Below are positions 48,439-57,621 of a stretch of 64,000 nucleotides of DNA, piece by piece. Under the pieces are notes generated by a model that saw nothing but the letters and a program-made list of their open reading frames with translations, made no database searches and was not told where the DNA came from. Each line of letters begins with the position of its first letter. Position 1 is the first letter of the stretch. The stretch is from the sequence record PQ390715.1. The stretch is one strand, 5' to 3'. Made by a program: the position numbers and the translations under genes.

Positions 48439-48970
48439 CTGTGTATGTTTTCACCCTTAGCGATTCAAAATCCCATACATCACTGATTGTACCATTGTGC
48501 CTGTAATCATAATATTCTACTAATACATTATACAATAACTTCAACGATACAAATTCATGATTCCACGGAGCTTTATTCTCATGAACACATTTGGTGATAT
48601 AAGGTATAATATATAAACTAAACAACACTAATGGTGAATGTATACATTGCATTTGAAAATATTCTTCTTCTTGCATACAATGTTCAGGAATAATTAGATC
48701 ATAATGTGTCTCAAATAAATGTAAACCTATTGTGGTTTTTTTCGTATCACATGCGTACCATATTGTACTATCCGAAATAAATGGAATGATACCATTATTG
48801 TTTGCAATGTACATCATATGGTAAGAGCGATTTGTCTTGTTAAATATCTCGATACTTTCGATATTACTACAAATCATGTATTCAAGGCAATCAATGATCT
48901 TATCTTTAAATGTACCAATTTCATTGAATGACATTGCTTTCTGTACTTTTGATACTGTTGTACTGCTCAT
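48431..48970 (-). CDS. family A paralogue
   Basis: QEEEYFQMQCIH. Confidence 0.72.
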   Translation of the reverse strand: MSSTTVSKVQKAMSFNEIGTFKDKIIDCLEYMICSNIESIEIFNKTNRSYHMMYIANNNGIIPFISDSTIWYACDTKKTTIGLHLFETHYDLIIPEHCMQEEEYFQMQCIHSPLVLFSLYIIPYITKCVHENKAPWNHEFVSLKLLYNVLVEYYDYRHNGTISDVWDFESLRVKTYTGE

Positions 48971-49509
48971 ATGTTCTCCTTAAAAAAATCCAAATACTCT
49001 TCATTGAAAGCATATGTATCATCTTTTATGTTATGCACCACATAATCATAAAGAGCTATGAATGCAGGGATTATGATCTTACATGATTTATTATTGTATT
49101 TGTACTGCTCCAAATCAACGGTGTTCAATTTAGCAATAAGCATAGCAGCAAAGATATCTTCATGGCGGTGTACTGTGCTGTACTGAAAATACTCATCCTC
49201 TCCAATATCGGGATGATATAACGGTATAACCAAATTATTACGAATTGACATTTTATATTTTTGTAATGCAGCTAAATGCATGAACCACAATCTATCTTCA
49301 TGGAAAGATGGAAAAATAATTTTGTCTGTGCTAATAAAAATTTCTTCATTTCGATTATTTGTCACAAGAGGTGCATACATTTTAATTTTTGCAGATTTAA
49401 TAATTAAATTAAAAATATAATGAATCTTATGAACTGCACTTGATGCATCTTCGTATGTACTTGGGATTATGAAACTCACTATATGTTCTCCTTTAAAATG
49501 AATACACAT
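48967..49509 (-). CDS. family A paralogue
   Basis: GEDEYFQYSTVH. Confidence 0.72.
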   Translation of the reverse strand: MCIHFKGEHIVSFIIPSTYEDASSAVHKIHYIFNLIIKSAKIKMYAPLVTNNRNEEIFISTDKIIFPSFHEDRLWFMHLAALQKYKMSIRNNLVIPLYHPDIGEDEYFQYSTVHRHEDIFAAMLIAKLNTVDLEQYKYNNKSCKIIIPAFIALYDYVVHNIKDDTYAFNEEYLDFFKENI

Positions 49510-49536
49510 GATAACAGCTTTGGTCTTCTATGTCAA
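49508..49536 (-). promoter_or_regulatory. sigma70 promoter
   Basis: TTGACA-N17-TATCAT with TG. Confidence 0.75.
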
Positions 49537-49546
49537 TACCAAAACG

Positions 49547-49574
49547 AAAAAAGCCCATATCTTACGATACAGGC
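49547..49574 (-). terminator. Rho-independent terminator
   Basis: GCCTGTATC-GTAA-GATATGGGC + TTTTTT. Confidence 0.7.
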
Positions 49575-50068
49575 GTTATGGGCATGTTGATTTGAATTTC
49601 ATTGTACAAATCATCAATATATAGACATGAAAAAAACACACTATCTTGTACTATATTGTTGTGATAAAGCATTTTAAATACTACATAAAAAAATAAATCA
49701 ATATCATCGTGGACTAAATTCTGCTGGAACCACCACTCGTCTGTTAAATCTTGTGCATTAAAATCATCAGGAACTTCAATGAACGACATATCACAATCTT
49801 CTTTGTACTCAAACCACATGTCGTCATTCGGATAACGTTCATGCTTCTCTGGGTAACAATTGCTGGGATTAAATGTTAAAATATTAAACCCCGTAGAGCA
49901 ACGTTCTTTATTTAAAAATGTATTATTCCATACCTGATATTTTTCACCAACATCAAGCTCTTCTGTTACTGATTTTATTGCACATAATGTACTGTATATT
50001 GTTTCTATCTTGTGAACATATTTAAATGCAGCATCTAAGCTGAACTCTAAATCATACATGTACTGCAT
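49562..50068 (-). CDS. family A paralogue
   Basis: TDEWWFQQNLVHD. Confidence 0.72.
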   Translation of the reverse strand: MQYMYDLEFSLDAAFKYVHKIETIYSTLCAIKSVTEELDVGEKYQVWNNTFLNKERCSTGFNILTFNPSNCYPEKHERYPNDDMWFEYKEDCDMSFIEVPDDFNAQDLTDEWWFQQNLVHDDIDLFFYVVFKMLYHNNIVQDSVFFSCLYIDDLYNEIQINMPITPVS

Positions 50069-50388
50069 AAAATTACCTCAACTAAAGCAAGGACTGTATT
50101 GAATTCCACTATACTTGTAATTCCTTGAAGGTACATGTACTTTGCTACTACATATTTCTGTACTAAATTATAATTATTAAATTCCTCAAAATTGTAATTT
50201 AGAACAAAATCTGTACTCAAAAATATCTTATGCATCTCTAATGCACTTTGATAATACGCGTACAACTCACTGATATCAATACTGGTTAAATTATATTGTT
50301 CATATCTATGATACGGGATGGCTTCAATTTCAATACTATAAAACCATTCTCTTAACTTATTAATATCAAATGTATTATTCAGCTTCAT
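50047..50388 (-). CDS. hypothetical protein
   Basis: 113 aa, helical. Confidence 0.6.
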   Translation of the reverse strand: MKLNNTFDINKLREWFYSIEIEAIPYHRYEQYNLTSIDISELYAYYQSALEMHKIFLSTDFVLNYNFEEFNNYNLVQKYVVAKYMYLQGITSIVEFNTVLALVEVILCSTCMI

Positions 50389-50941
50389 AACTCAATACCT
50401 CCATTAAACACTCATACACACCATCAATCGCATAAGCACAAAAATTGAAATTAATTTTGTGATTCTTGTGTAATGGACTATTGTGTACTGTACTCATTAT
50501 GACATTATAAAATAACAAACGCACTGGTACAAGCATTGAACCTTGGAAAAATTCTTCCTCTGATTTATATGTATTGTACTCTATTGTTTTGTTCGTTTCT
50601 TTATCATATGTTACCATTACTAATGGGGCATTTTTATTATACCATGCGTACTCTAAATCATTCTTTCCAATAACAGCACCAGGGGCGAAATCCAAAAGAC
50701 CAATAACACTACGGGAATTTGGGGTATCAGGTGTATTGAATCGTTTATCAAAATGACTCGTGCACGCAATATATGTATTGTACTTCGATGGAATAATACC
50801 AATACATTTGTGGAAATGACGCTTGTGATATTTCTGGGCATTATATAAGGCTGCAACAATACAAGCTAACTTTTGTCCCATAAGGATTGCATTAGCGTAG
50901 GTGTACTGAATTTCATTGCTGGTACGGTACTTCGAGGTCAT
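50375..50941 (-). CDS. family A paralogue
   Basis: SEEEFFQGSMLV. Confidence 0.75.
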   Translation of the reverse strand: MTSKYRTSNEIQYTYANAILMGQKLACIVAALYNAQKYHKRHFHKCIGIIPSKYNTYIACTSHFDKRFNTPDTPNSRSVIGLLDFAPGAVIGKNDLEYAWYNKNAPLVMVTYDKETNKTIEYNTYKSEEEFFQGSMLVPVRLLFYNVIMSTVHNSPLHKNHKINFNFCAYAIDGVYECLMEVLSYEAE

Positions 50942-51224
50942 AATATTTCCTTTGCCATATCATGGGCTTAAAATCAATAACAGCTTTCTGTATCTTTTTT
51001 AATAATAAGACATCATAACCACCCGTGTCAATCACTAATTGCTGTTGGAACAATTCTTCATCGGATAATGTATTGAAATCTACAAAATAATCTGTAACTA
51101 TCGAATCATTTAAATGTGCCATGTACCAACCTGAACTTCTTGAATAAATCAAATTCCACCCATCGTCATCATCTTCTAATTCAACATAAATCATATCTGG
51201 GGTATACATCATTTTATACTTCAT
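50913..51224 (-). CDS. family A paralogue (short type)
   Basis: DFNTLSDEELFQQQLVID. Confidence 0.75.
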   Translation of the reverse strand: MKYKMMYTPDMIYVELEDDDDGWNLIYSRSSGWYMAHLNDSIVTDYFVDFNTLSDEELFQQQLVIDTGGYDVLLLKKIQKAVIDFKPMIWQRKYYDLEVPYQQ

Positions 51225-51762
51225 AACTATATCCTTGCATTAATAAATCATAAACTACATGGACTAAATTTAATTGAATATAAAATTTTAAACCTTTAAT
51301 TAATGGATTCAAATGCATTGTACTGAATAACATTAGATACATCATCTCATGCGGTTTTGTGATTAATGATTTTTGAAATACTTCAGCTTCATCATAAGGG
51401 TCTATGAACTGAAATTTGTCTTCATCATAATTTGTATTGGAATGCTGATATATAAAATAATCATCATTGGTATTGTACCACAAATATCCTTCGAATCCTG
51501 TACTAACATCTTTGGTCAATGGGGATGCTGATACTGGATTTGAACTGATTAATGCACCTACATCAACAATCCCCGTTGTATCATATTCGATTTCAACATC
51601 AATATCAATGTATTTCCTTGCGATATCTGCGTTTATGGACAAATATAAACTACCACCTGTCCTCTGACTCAGGATTCCATCTATATGCGATATAGGATGG
51701 TTGTTATTGAGGATAAGCATTATTGTACTTATCTTGTGTGCTAATAACTCTATCTCATTCAT
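51214..51762 (-). CDS. family A paralogue
   Basis: DEAEVFQKSLIT. Confidence 0.75.
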   Translation of the reverse strand: MNEIELLAHKISTIMLILNNNHPISHIDGILSQRTGGSLYLSINADIARKYIDIDVEIEYDTTGIVDVGALISSNPVSASPLTKDVSTGFEGYLWYNTNDDYFIYQHSNTNYDEDKFQFIDPYDEAEVFQKSLITKPHEMMYLMLFSTMHLNPLIKGLKFYIQLNLVHVVYDLLMQGYSYEV

Positions 51763-51962
51763 AATTTACCTATCGATGGATACCTAGGATTTGTAGGATG
51801 TAAAATCCTGTCCTGTACTGAAAGGTGCTCAAATGTAATTAAACTCAAATAATAATCGTAATTATCAATACCACCCTTCAAATGTATATTGTAATACATC
51901 TTAATACTATCTAATAATGAATCCTGTAATGCATTTAATGTTATCGTATTAATCTTTTGCAT
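51759..51962 (-). CDS. small hypothetical protein
   Basis: 67 aa. Confidence 0.55.
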   Translation of the reverse strand: MQKINTITLNALQDSLLDSIKMYYNIHLKGGIDNYDYYLSLITFEHLSVQDRILHPTNPRYPSIGKL

Positions 51963-52110
51963 TAATGTTCTTCTCTTAAAAATCGTTTGATAGCATAATC
52001 TAAATAAAATTCATAACACATGCTATCTCTGTTCTTTATCCATATTTTGTAATCGGATTTTATATTACGCAACAAATAATTTGTATTAATTGTGTAATAA
52101 TCTAATCGCC

Positions 52111-52503
52111 CTAATCTTTCCATTTAATAGGATACTCCTTTCCTTGTACTATATATGACAAAATCCATCCGTAATGAATAGGATGATTTTTATCTGAATC
52201 AGGAATAAAATATAAAGCTGTACTTGGATTATGACTGAATAAATCTTTATTGTCAAATGTAAAATGTGATAATATAATTTTCCTTGCACTTGGACGAATA
52301 ACATTCTTAACACTGAACTCTGAACCTTTGTATTTCTCCGATAATTCAAATAATGCATCTGTAATTAAATCACTGATCTCTTGGATTACAAAATTCTGAT
52401 AAAATGCATTAATCTCTTTTAACTCTGTATACAATTCACTTCTGGTATTCAAAAGAAATATTACTTTTTTAAGATCCTGAACTATTTCTGGATTCATATT
52501 CAT
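52111..52503 (-). CDS. family C-like paralogue (dispersed)
   Basis: SEKYKGSEFSV. Confidence 0.65.
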   Translation of the reverse strand: MNMNPEIVQDLKKVIFLLNTRSELYTELKEINAFYQNFVIQEISDLITDALFELSEKYKGSEFSVKNVIRPSARKIILSHFTFDNKDLFSHNPSTALYFIPDSDKNHPIHYGWILSYIVQGKEYPIKWKD

Positions 52504-52735
52504 TTATCTCATTCTGTAACTTAAGCATCAAAATTTGCATATTAATTTTTTGTAAAAGGTGCTTGATAAATTTCTGTGCCATTTCTTCTTGTTCTTTTGT
52601 ACCAAGATAAAATAACAGATTAAATTCTGATAATCGCAAAGAAAAATCTTCATCACCACCCTTTAAACAAAAATCCCTGTACTTTGTAGCGTACAAATAT
52701 TGGTTTACCTTTTTATAATACCCTGTGTTTTGCAT
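52469..52735 (-). CDS. family B paralogue (dispersed)
   Basis: FYLGTKEQEEM. Confidence 0.72.
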   Translation of the reverse strand: MQNTGYYKKVNQYLYATKYRDFCLKGGDEDFSLRLSEFNLLFYLGTKEQEEMAQKFIKHLLQKINMQILMLKLQNEINEYESRNSSGS

Positions 52736-52923
52736 ACTATCTCCGTTCGCAACGAATTTATATAATAATGAACAAATTGTTCTTGTGAACGTGTTCCAAG
52801 AAAAATAAACATATCAAACTCTGTTGTTTTTAAATTCAATGCATCTTTTGTAAAACTCCTGTTGAATTCCCTGTACTTTTGGGTCTTCCATTCTTGATTA
52901 ATTGTCTTGTATATCGATTTCAA
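52705..52923 (-). CDS. family B paralogue (dispersed)
   Basis: IFLGTRSQEQF. Confidence 0.72.
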   Translation of the reverse strand: MKSIYKTINQEWKTQKYREFNRSFTKDALNLKTTEFDMFIFLGTRSQEQFVHYYINSLRTEIVCKTQGIIKR

Positions 52924-53224
52924 TGATTCTCCCTGATGTACCTTGTATTAGCTTATCATACATATCGAGCATCACTTTTTGAATACTAATTAGTACTGGC
53001 ATCGTGCAAATATCAATGTCGTATACTAAGCTGTACTGGAATAATTCATCTTCCTGCATTTGTACTAAATTAGGTAAAGGATAATTGTCTGCCTCTTCAT
53101 CCTGGTACTTGAAATGCATAACACCATCCTTTTTGTACAAAAGAATGTCAATATCACCTAACTCATCAGCATAACCAAAAATACATATACTCGATGTTTT
53201 TGCTATATTAAATTTCATCTCCAC
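52898..53224 (-). CDS. family A paralogue (short type)
   Basis: QEDELFQYSLVYD. Confidence 0.75.
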   Translation of the reverse strand: MEMKFNIAKTSSICIFGYADELGDIDILLYKKDGVMHFKYQDEEADNYPLPNLVQMQEDELFQYSLVYDIDICTMPVLISIQKVMLDMYDKLIQGTSGRIIEIDIQDN

Positions 53225-53460
53225 CTCTCACCGTCAGCACAAGAGTACTGGTACGTTGTCGTTAGGGTAGGGACCATGTTTGTAATGGGCATGTTGTTAA
53301 CAATAACCGTAACAGGCATAAGAATCGTCTCTTCTCTACTCTGTCCTGTCCTTGTGCAATTCATCTTCTGCATTTCATCTGAATCCATGAAATACAATAC
53401 AAATGGTGCAATCCCAAGAACAATACACAAAACGATAAGGAAATTTAAAAAATTTAACAT
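53215..53460 (-). CDS. small membrane-anchored protein
   Basis: N-terminal TM; Cys pair in the tail. Confidence 0.7.
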   Translation of the reverse strand: MLNFLNFLIVLCIVLGIAPFVLYFMDSDEMQKMNCTRTGQSREETILMPVTVIVNNMPITNMVPTLTTTYQYSCADGERWR

Positions 53461-53489
53461 AATTTTTACCCTATGATTAACGTTAGTGT

Positions 53490-53518
53490 ACTATATCAGT
53501 AATGAAAAGTACTGTCAA
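53490..53518 (-). promoter_or_regulatory. sigma70 promoter
   Basis: TTGACA-N17-TATAGT with TG; AGTACT abuts the -35. Confidence 0.8.
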
Positions 53519-53519
53519 G

Positions 53520-53924
53520 CTAGTATTGCACTGTTCTAATGAAAGTACCTGAACTCATGGATTTAAGCTTATGAACCTCTTCCTGTATACCCTTGAGCAA
53601 CTCTAAAGGTATAGGTACATCATGTACTAAGCTGTACTGAAAGTATTCTTCTTCAGATAAAGTACTAACATCTGGAACGCCAATTTTAGTTATATAATCT
53701 TGATGTGTTGACCAATAAATTATATCTTCAGTAGAATTGTACTCCCCATATACTGAACAGTATTGATGAATATCTTTCCTGTACCCTTGAGCAATAAAGA
53801 ACTTATCTACTGCATTACCAGCATTAATAGAATTCACTTCGATTGTCACAGTACTTGAGCTTGTATAACTCTTAGTATTATCAGTACTTTTAATACTCAA
53901 CTGTGTGTTCTTCATAATCACCAT
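53520..53924 (-). CDS. family A paralogue (short type)
   Basis: DVSTLSEEEYFQYSLVHD. Confidence 0.78.
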   Translation of the reverse strand: MVIMKNTQLSIKSTDNTKSYTSSSTVTIEVNSINAGNAVDKFFIAQGYRKDIHQYCSVYGEYNSTEDIIYWSTHQDYITKIGVPDVSTLSEEEYFQYSLVHDVPIPLELLKGIQEEVHKLKSMSSGTFIRTVQY

Positions 53925-54234
53925 TAGGCTCCTGTTTAGATTCTTTCATTAGTACTATCATCTTATGTACTAATGGCATAGGAAACTCTAAATCCCATAC
54001 TAATGATTCCTGAAAGTATTCCTCTGGTGATAAAGTACTTAAATCTTTAATATCAACGTGCTTGTATATTTTATTTTCGTAATTAACAAATGATATATAT
54101 AAATCACTAACATAAGAATCATAGGTAATTGTGAATGGCTTACCCTTGTAATCCATTACATCTCTACATAGACTACTTTTGATATATGTATGTTCAAATG
54201 ATTTATATACCTTGAGTTGTATATTAGTTTTCAT
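53890..54234 (-). CDS. family A paralogue (short type)
   Basis: DLSTLSPEEYFQESLVWD. Confidence 0.78.
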   Translation of the reverse strand: MKTNIQLKVYKSFEHTYIKSSLCRDVMDYKGKPFTITYDSYVSDLYISFVNYENKIYKHVDIKDLSTLSPEEYFQESLVWDLEFPMPLVHKMIVLMKESKQEPNGDYEEHTVEY

Positions 54235-54499
54235 ATTTCTCTTTATTAGCTTGTTTGGTTTTATAGTGAATTAAATCTATTAATGTAATCAAGTACAACG
54301 TCAAATAGTACTCTTGTTGATCTGTACCTAATGATACAAAGAACTTGTGCTCATAGATTAAAACCTGTTTCTCTTCAAATGGACATTTAATCCTCTGTAT
54401 AGGCTTAAGTAAATGATAGTACTTATTAAATCTATGATACATTTCTAGTTCTGTCAGTACTTTCATATTAAACACATACTCCATTAGCAGTAGCATCAC
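54224..54499 (-). CDS. family B paralogue
   Basis: VSLGTDQQEYY. Confidence 0.75.
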   Translation of the reverse strand: MMLLLMEYVFNMKVLTELEMYHRFNKYYHLLKPIQRIKCPFEEKQVLIYEHKFFVSLGTDQQEYYLTLYLITLIDLIHYKTKQANKEKYEN

Positions 54500-54689
54500 G
54501 TAAAGCTGTCAAATACTTCTGTACGGCTTGCTCTTGCTTATTTGTACCTAAAAGTATATACATCCATAATTCACTGTAATGTACATCTTGTGTATAAGGG
54601 TCATTGTAACTTTTTGATAATATAGCATCAAATTCAGATGCATGAACCCTTGTGAACTTAAGAATATCTTGTTGTGTTATGATTCTCAT
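54468..54689 (-). CDS. family B paralogue
   Basis: ILLGTNKQEQA. Confidence 0.78.
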   Translation of the reverse strand: MRIITQQDILKFTRVHASEFDAILSKSYNDPYTQDVHYSELWMYILLGTNKQEQAVQKYLTALRDATANGVCV

Positions 54690-54901
54690 ATCTTTTCCTG
54701 TACAATCTGTATAAGAATACCTATGTGTGAATTAACAGTTCTCTCTTGATGCTGTGTTCCTAAGAGTGTCAGTACTATCATATCTGAACGCAAAAGATTT
54801 TTTTCAAGTTCACTTATATCAGTTCTTGAATCAAGTGCCATATATTTGTGATTATTCTTCCTGAATAGTGCCAAGTACTCTTGGTTTGATATTATCTTCA
54901 T
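54686..54901 (-). CDS. family B paralogue
   Basis: TLLGTQHQERT. Confidence 0.78.
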   Translation of the reverse strand: MKIISNQEYLALFRKNNHKYMALDSRTDISELEKNLLRSDMIVLTLLGTQHQERTVNSHIGILIQIVQEKI

Positions 54902-55113
54902 AGTTTACTTTTAATTTCCATTAAAAGTGCTCTAATATGCTCATTGACAAATCGCTCTTGGGAATCTGTGTCTAGGGTGAGAAGCATTCTTAAATCGGAA
55001 CCTCTGATGGTATATTCTAAATCATTCTTTGATTCTCGCATAAGTTTCTGAAAGGATGAGAAGTGTAATCCCATGAGTTCAATGTATTCTGCTGTTCCTA
55101 GTGGTTTTGGCAT
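54898..55113 (-). CDS. family B paralogue
   Basis: LTLDTDSQERF. Confidence 0.75.
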   Translation of the reverse strand: MPKPLGTAEYIELMGLHFSSFQKLMRESKNDLEYTIRGSDLRMLLTLDTDSQERFVNEHIRALLMEIKSKL

Positions 55114-55331
55114 TTTAGTTCAATCGCTCGTTTAAGTGTATTAATATAATCTTTAATGTCGTGTTCTTGATAGTTCGTTCCAAGGGTAGCTAGAACATAG
55201 ACTTCATTTCTCTTAATAATTTTATCCATATCTGGTATATCTGATGTGTTAATGACGAAGAGCTTCAAAAACAGTCCATTTATGATTGTTAGGTATTCTA
55301 CATCGGTAATGATTTTCATTTGCATTTGCAT
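55098..55331 (-). CDS. family B paralogue
   Basis: ATLGTNYQEHD. Confidence 0.78.
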   Translation of the reverse strand: MQMQMKIITDVEYLTIINGLFLKLFVINTSDIPDMDKIIKRNEVYVLATLGTNYQEHDIKDYINTLKRAIELKCQNH

Positions 55332-55537
55332 TTTCTCAGTACTGATTCTTTAAGTTCATTGATGTAGCACTCTACATATTCTTCTTGTAGGTTTGTTCCG
55401 ATATGTAACAGTACTCTTAAATCTGCTCTCAGTACTTCTTTATCATCTTCATCTATATCAGACAGTGTTATGTTTAAGAATTTACTTGAACTCTCTATAA
55501 GTAATATTACTGAATCACCTTTGCTTAAAATTTTCAT
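55316..55537 (-). CDS. family B paralogue
   Basis: LHIGTNLQEEY. Confidence 0.78.
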   Translation of the reverse strand: MKILSKGDSVILLIESSSKFLNITLSDIDEDDKEVLRADLRVLLHIGTNLQEEYVECYINELKESVLRKCKCK

Positions 55538-55745
55538 AATCTCTTTTTGCTTTCCTCGCCAAAAGGTACATATACGATTCTTCGTATTGTGCTTGGTAGT
55601 TTGTGTTTAAGAGTCGAAACAACTTCTGTTCTGCTAGAACGAGTTGCTTATCTTCATAACAACGATAGCGTATCAACTTTTTGTATTCGATGTTGATTAC
55701 ATCCATTACTATAAGCCCATGTTCATCATCTGTCAAGTGTTTCAT
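55515..55745 (-). CDS. family B paralogue
   Basis: RLLNTNYQAQY. Confidence 0.75.
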   Translation of the reverse strand: MKHLTDDEHGLIVMDVINIEYKKLIRYRCYEDKQLVLAEQKLFRLLNTNYQAQYEESYMYLLARKAKRDYENFKQR

Positions 55746-55984
55746 GCATTTTTTCTTTTTCTTATATGTTTAGTTAAAAGGTATATTAGTTTTCTATTGT
55801 ATTCTTCCTGATAGTTTGTTCCTAATAGTGCAAGAAGTTTTGCTTCAACTAAAGCTAATTGACGTTCTTCAAATGTGTGTTCCAGTATGTACTTTGGGTT
55901 TGATTTTTTAGCGTAATCACTATTAGTTTTCATTACAATCTTATGATATTCATTAACTGTTAGGATTTTTAAATACTTGATCAT
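55742..55984 (-). CDS. family B paralogue
   Basis: ALLGTNYQEEY. Confidence 0.78.
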   Translation of the reverse strand: MIKYLKILTVNEYHKIVMKTNSDYAKKSNPKYILEHTFEERQLALVEAKLLALLGTNYQEEYNRKLIYLLTKHIRKRKNA

Positions 55985-56204
55985 GTATCTTTTCCTTTAT
56001 AGAGAATTTAAGATATCGAAGCATACTTTCAATGTAATACTCTTGTCTGTCAGTGCCAAGAAAGTACATGAGTTGAATGTATAAAACTTCTGCACTCCTT
56101 TCCGCTGGAGACTTGTTTGTGTCGTTTGGAAGTTGATTTGTATGTTTTCTTGATTTAATTAGTCGTTCTTTTAACTCATCGTCTGTTAAGTATTTCATTT
56201 GCAT
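55953..56204 (-). CDS. family B paralogue
   Basis: YFLGTDRQEYY. Confidence 0.78.
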   Translation of the reverse strand: MQMKYLTDDELKERLIKSRKHTNQLPNDTNKSPAERSAEVLYIQLMYFLGTDRQEYYIESMLRYLKFSIKEKIHDQVFKNPNS

Positions 56205-56430
56205 TTACTTTTTCCTTAATAGTGATTTTAAGATATCTAATCATACGTGCAACATATTCCTCTTGTCTATCAGTTCCCAGAAGATATGGTAGTGATTGGA
56301 ATAATACTTCTGCACTCCTTTCTGCTGGGGTTTGGTTTAGGTCAATTGGACGTTTATTGGTATATCTCTTGGCACGAACTAATCTCTCGACGTATTCATT
56401 ATAGGTTAAGTATATCATTTCATTTTGCAT
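56176..56430 (-). CDS. family B paralogue
   Basis: YLLGTDRQEEY. Confidence 0.78.
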   Translation of the reverse strand: MQNEMIYLTYNEYVERLVRAKRYTNKRPIDLNQTPAERSAEVLFQSLPYLLGTDRQEEYVARMIRYLKITIKEKVNANEILNRR

Positions 56431-56650
56431 TTACTTTTTCCTTAATACTCATTATAAGATGTTCAATCATATTTTGAACCATAAATTCTTGTTTATCAGT
56501 TCCAAGAACGTATGGTAGCTTCTGAAACAATACATTTGCAGATACTTCAGATATTGATTGATTTGGACCGAACTTAAGAGTAATGTTTTTGGTTTTTAAC
56601 ATCTTCTCTTGAAATTCTTCATTCGTTAAGTATATCATTTCATTTTGCAT
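56420..56650 (-). CDS. family B paralogue
   Basis: YVLGTDKQEFM. Confidence 0.78.
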   Translation of the reverse strand: MQNEMIYLTNEEFQEKMLKTKNITLKFGPNQSISEVSANVLFQKLPYVLGTDKQEFMVQNMIEHLIMSIKEKVNAK

Positions 56651-56866
56651 TTACATTCTCTCATATATATTTTGGGTTAAAAGGTCAATCCAGATTTCCA
56701 CATATCGTTGTTGGTGTTGCGTCCCTAACAGTACACCCAACTTAGCTTCACACTCTAATAACAATCTGGTTTTGTATGGTAGACTTTGGAATCCTATAGT
56801 AGCATCTAATTTGGTAATTGCATAGTTGATTCGGATGAATCTTTCTTGCAATGTGATGTTGATCAT
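56651..56866 (-). CDS. family B paralogue
   Basis: VLLGTQHQQRY. Confidence 0.78.
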   Translation of the reverse strand: MINITLQERFIRINYAITKLDATIGFQSLPYKTRLLLECEAKLGVLLGTQHQQRYVEIWIDLLTQNIYERM

Positions 56867-57153
56867 TTCTTAGTACACCTCAGTGGTTGGGTCATTTGAT
56901 GAAAGTACAGCTTACCTCTGATTTCCAGTAGTAACTCCGCGATTAAGCGATTTACTTCTGTATCTTGATAGTTTGTTCCTAAGAATACACCCATCTTTAA
57001 CTCACGCATCATAATCATTTTCTTACTGTGTTGAATTTCTGGGTTGTGATAGATTGTATTACGTTTGTGCGTAATTTTTGTCATACGCTCGGTATATTCA
57101 TCTTTACTTAAATTGATCATTTGCATGTTCATCAACCTCACATTTATTTTCAA
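56863..57153 (-). CDS. family B paralogue
   Basis: VFLGTNYQDTE. Confidence 0.78.
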   Translation of the reverse strand: MKINVRLMNMQMINLSKDEYTERMTKITHKRNTIYHNPEIQHSKKMIMMRELKMGVFLGTNYQDTEVNRLIAELLLEIRGKLYFHQMTQPLRCTKK

Positions 57154-57155
57154 TA

Positions 57156-57422
57156 CTATTCTTTAGTTTGTAGATATAGTTTTCTTCCAATATATCTCTT
57201 AAGTGCGATTATGTATTCATCTACATAATACTCCTGATAGTTTGTTCCTATGAATGCACCCACCTTTAACTCAAGTTTCATAATCATCTTATTTCCGTGT
57301 TTAATGACTTCTCCGTGATGGATTTCATTAAGTCCAGGTGCAATTTTTACCAGGCGTTCTTTATATTTTGCTTGAGATAATTTAATCATTTTCATGTTAA
57401 TTACCCTTACATTTATTTTCAA
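57156..57422 (-). CDS. family B paralogue
   Basis: AFIGTNYQEYY. Confidence 0.78.
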   Translation of the reverse strand: MKINVRVINMKMIKLSQAKYKERLVKIAPGLNEIHHGEVIKHGNKMIMKLELKVGAFIGTNYQEYYVDEYIIALKRYIGRKLYLQTKE

Positions 57423-57621
57423 TACTATTCATTAGTTCTCTAAGATAGTTTTTTACCTTACCTGCCTGATAGTTGGTCCCTAGAAAGTTGCATAACTCTG
57501 CTTCTATAATTTTGATTTTTCTGATATCAGGCTTCAATCTTTTGTTATTGAATATTTGAATCCTTATATCTCTGGATGCATTTAAACGTTTTTGATATTC
57601 ATGGTAAGTTAAATTAATCAT
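57397..57621 (-). CDS. family B paralogue
   Basis: NFLGTNYQAGK. Confidence 0.78.
   Translation of the reverse strand: MINLTYHEYQKRLNASRDIRIQIFNNKRLKPDIRKIKIIEAELCNFLGTNYQAGKVKNYLRELMNSIENKCKGN

Larger units (their letters stand above)
25544..54234 (-). repeat. tandem paralogue array, family A (about 50 genes, motif EExxFQxS[LT]V)
   Basis: Motif visible in about 50 consecutive or near-consecutive ORF translations. Confidence 0.85.
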
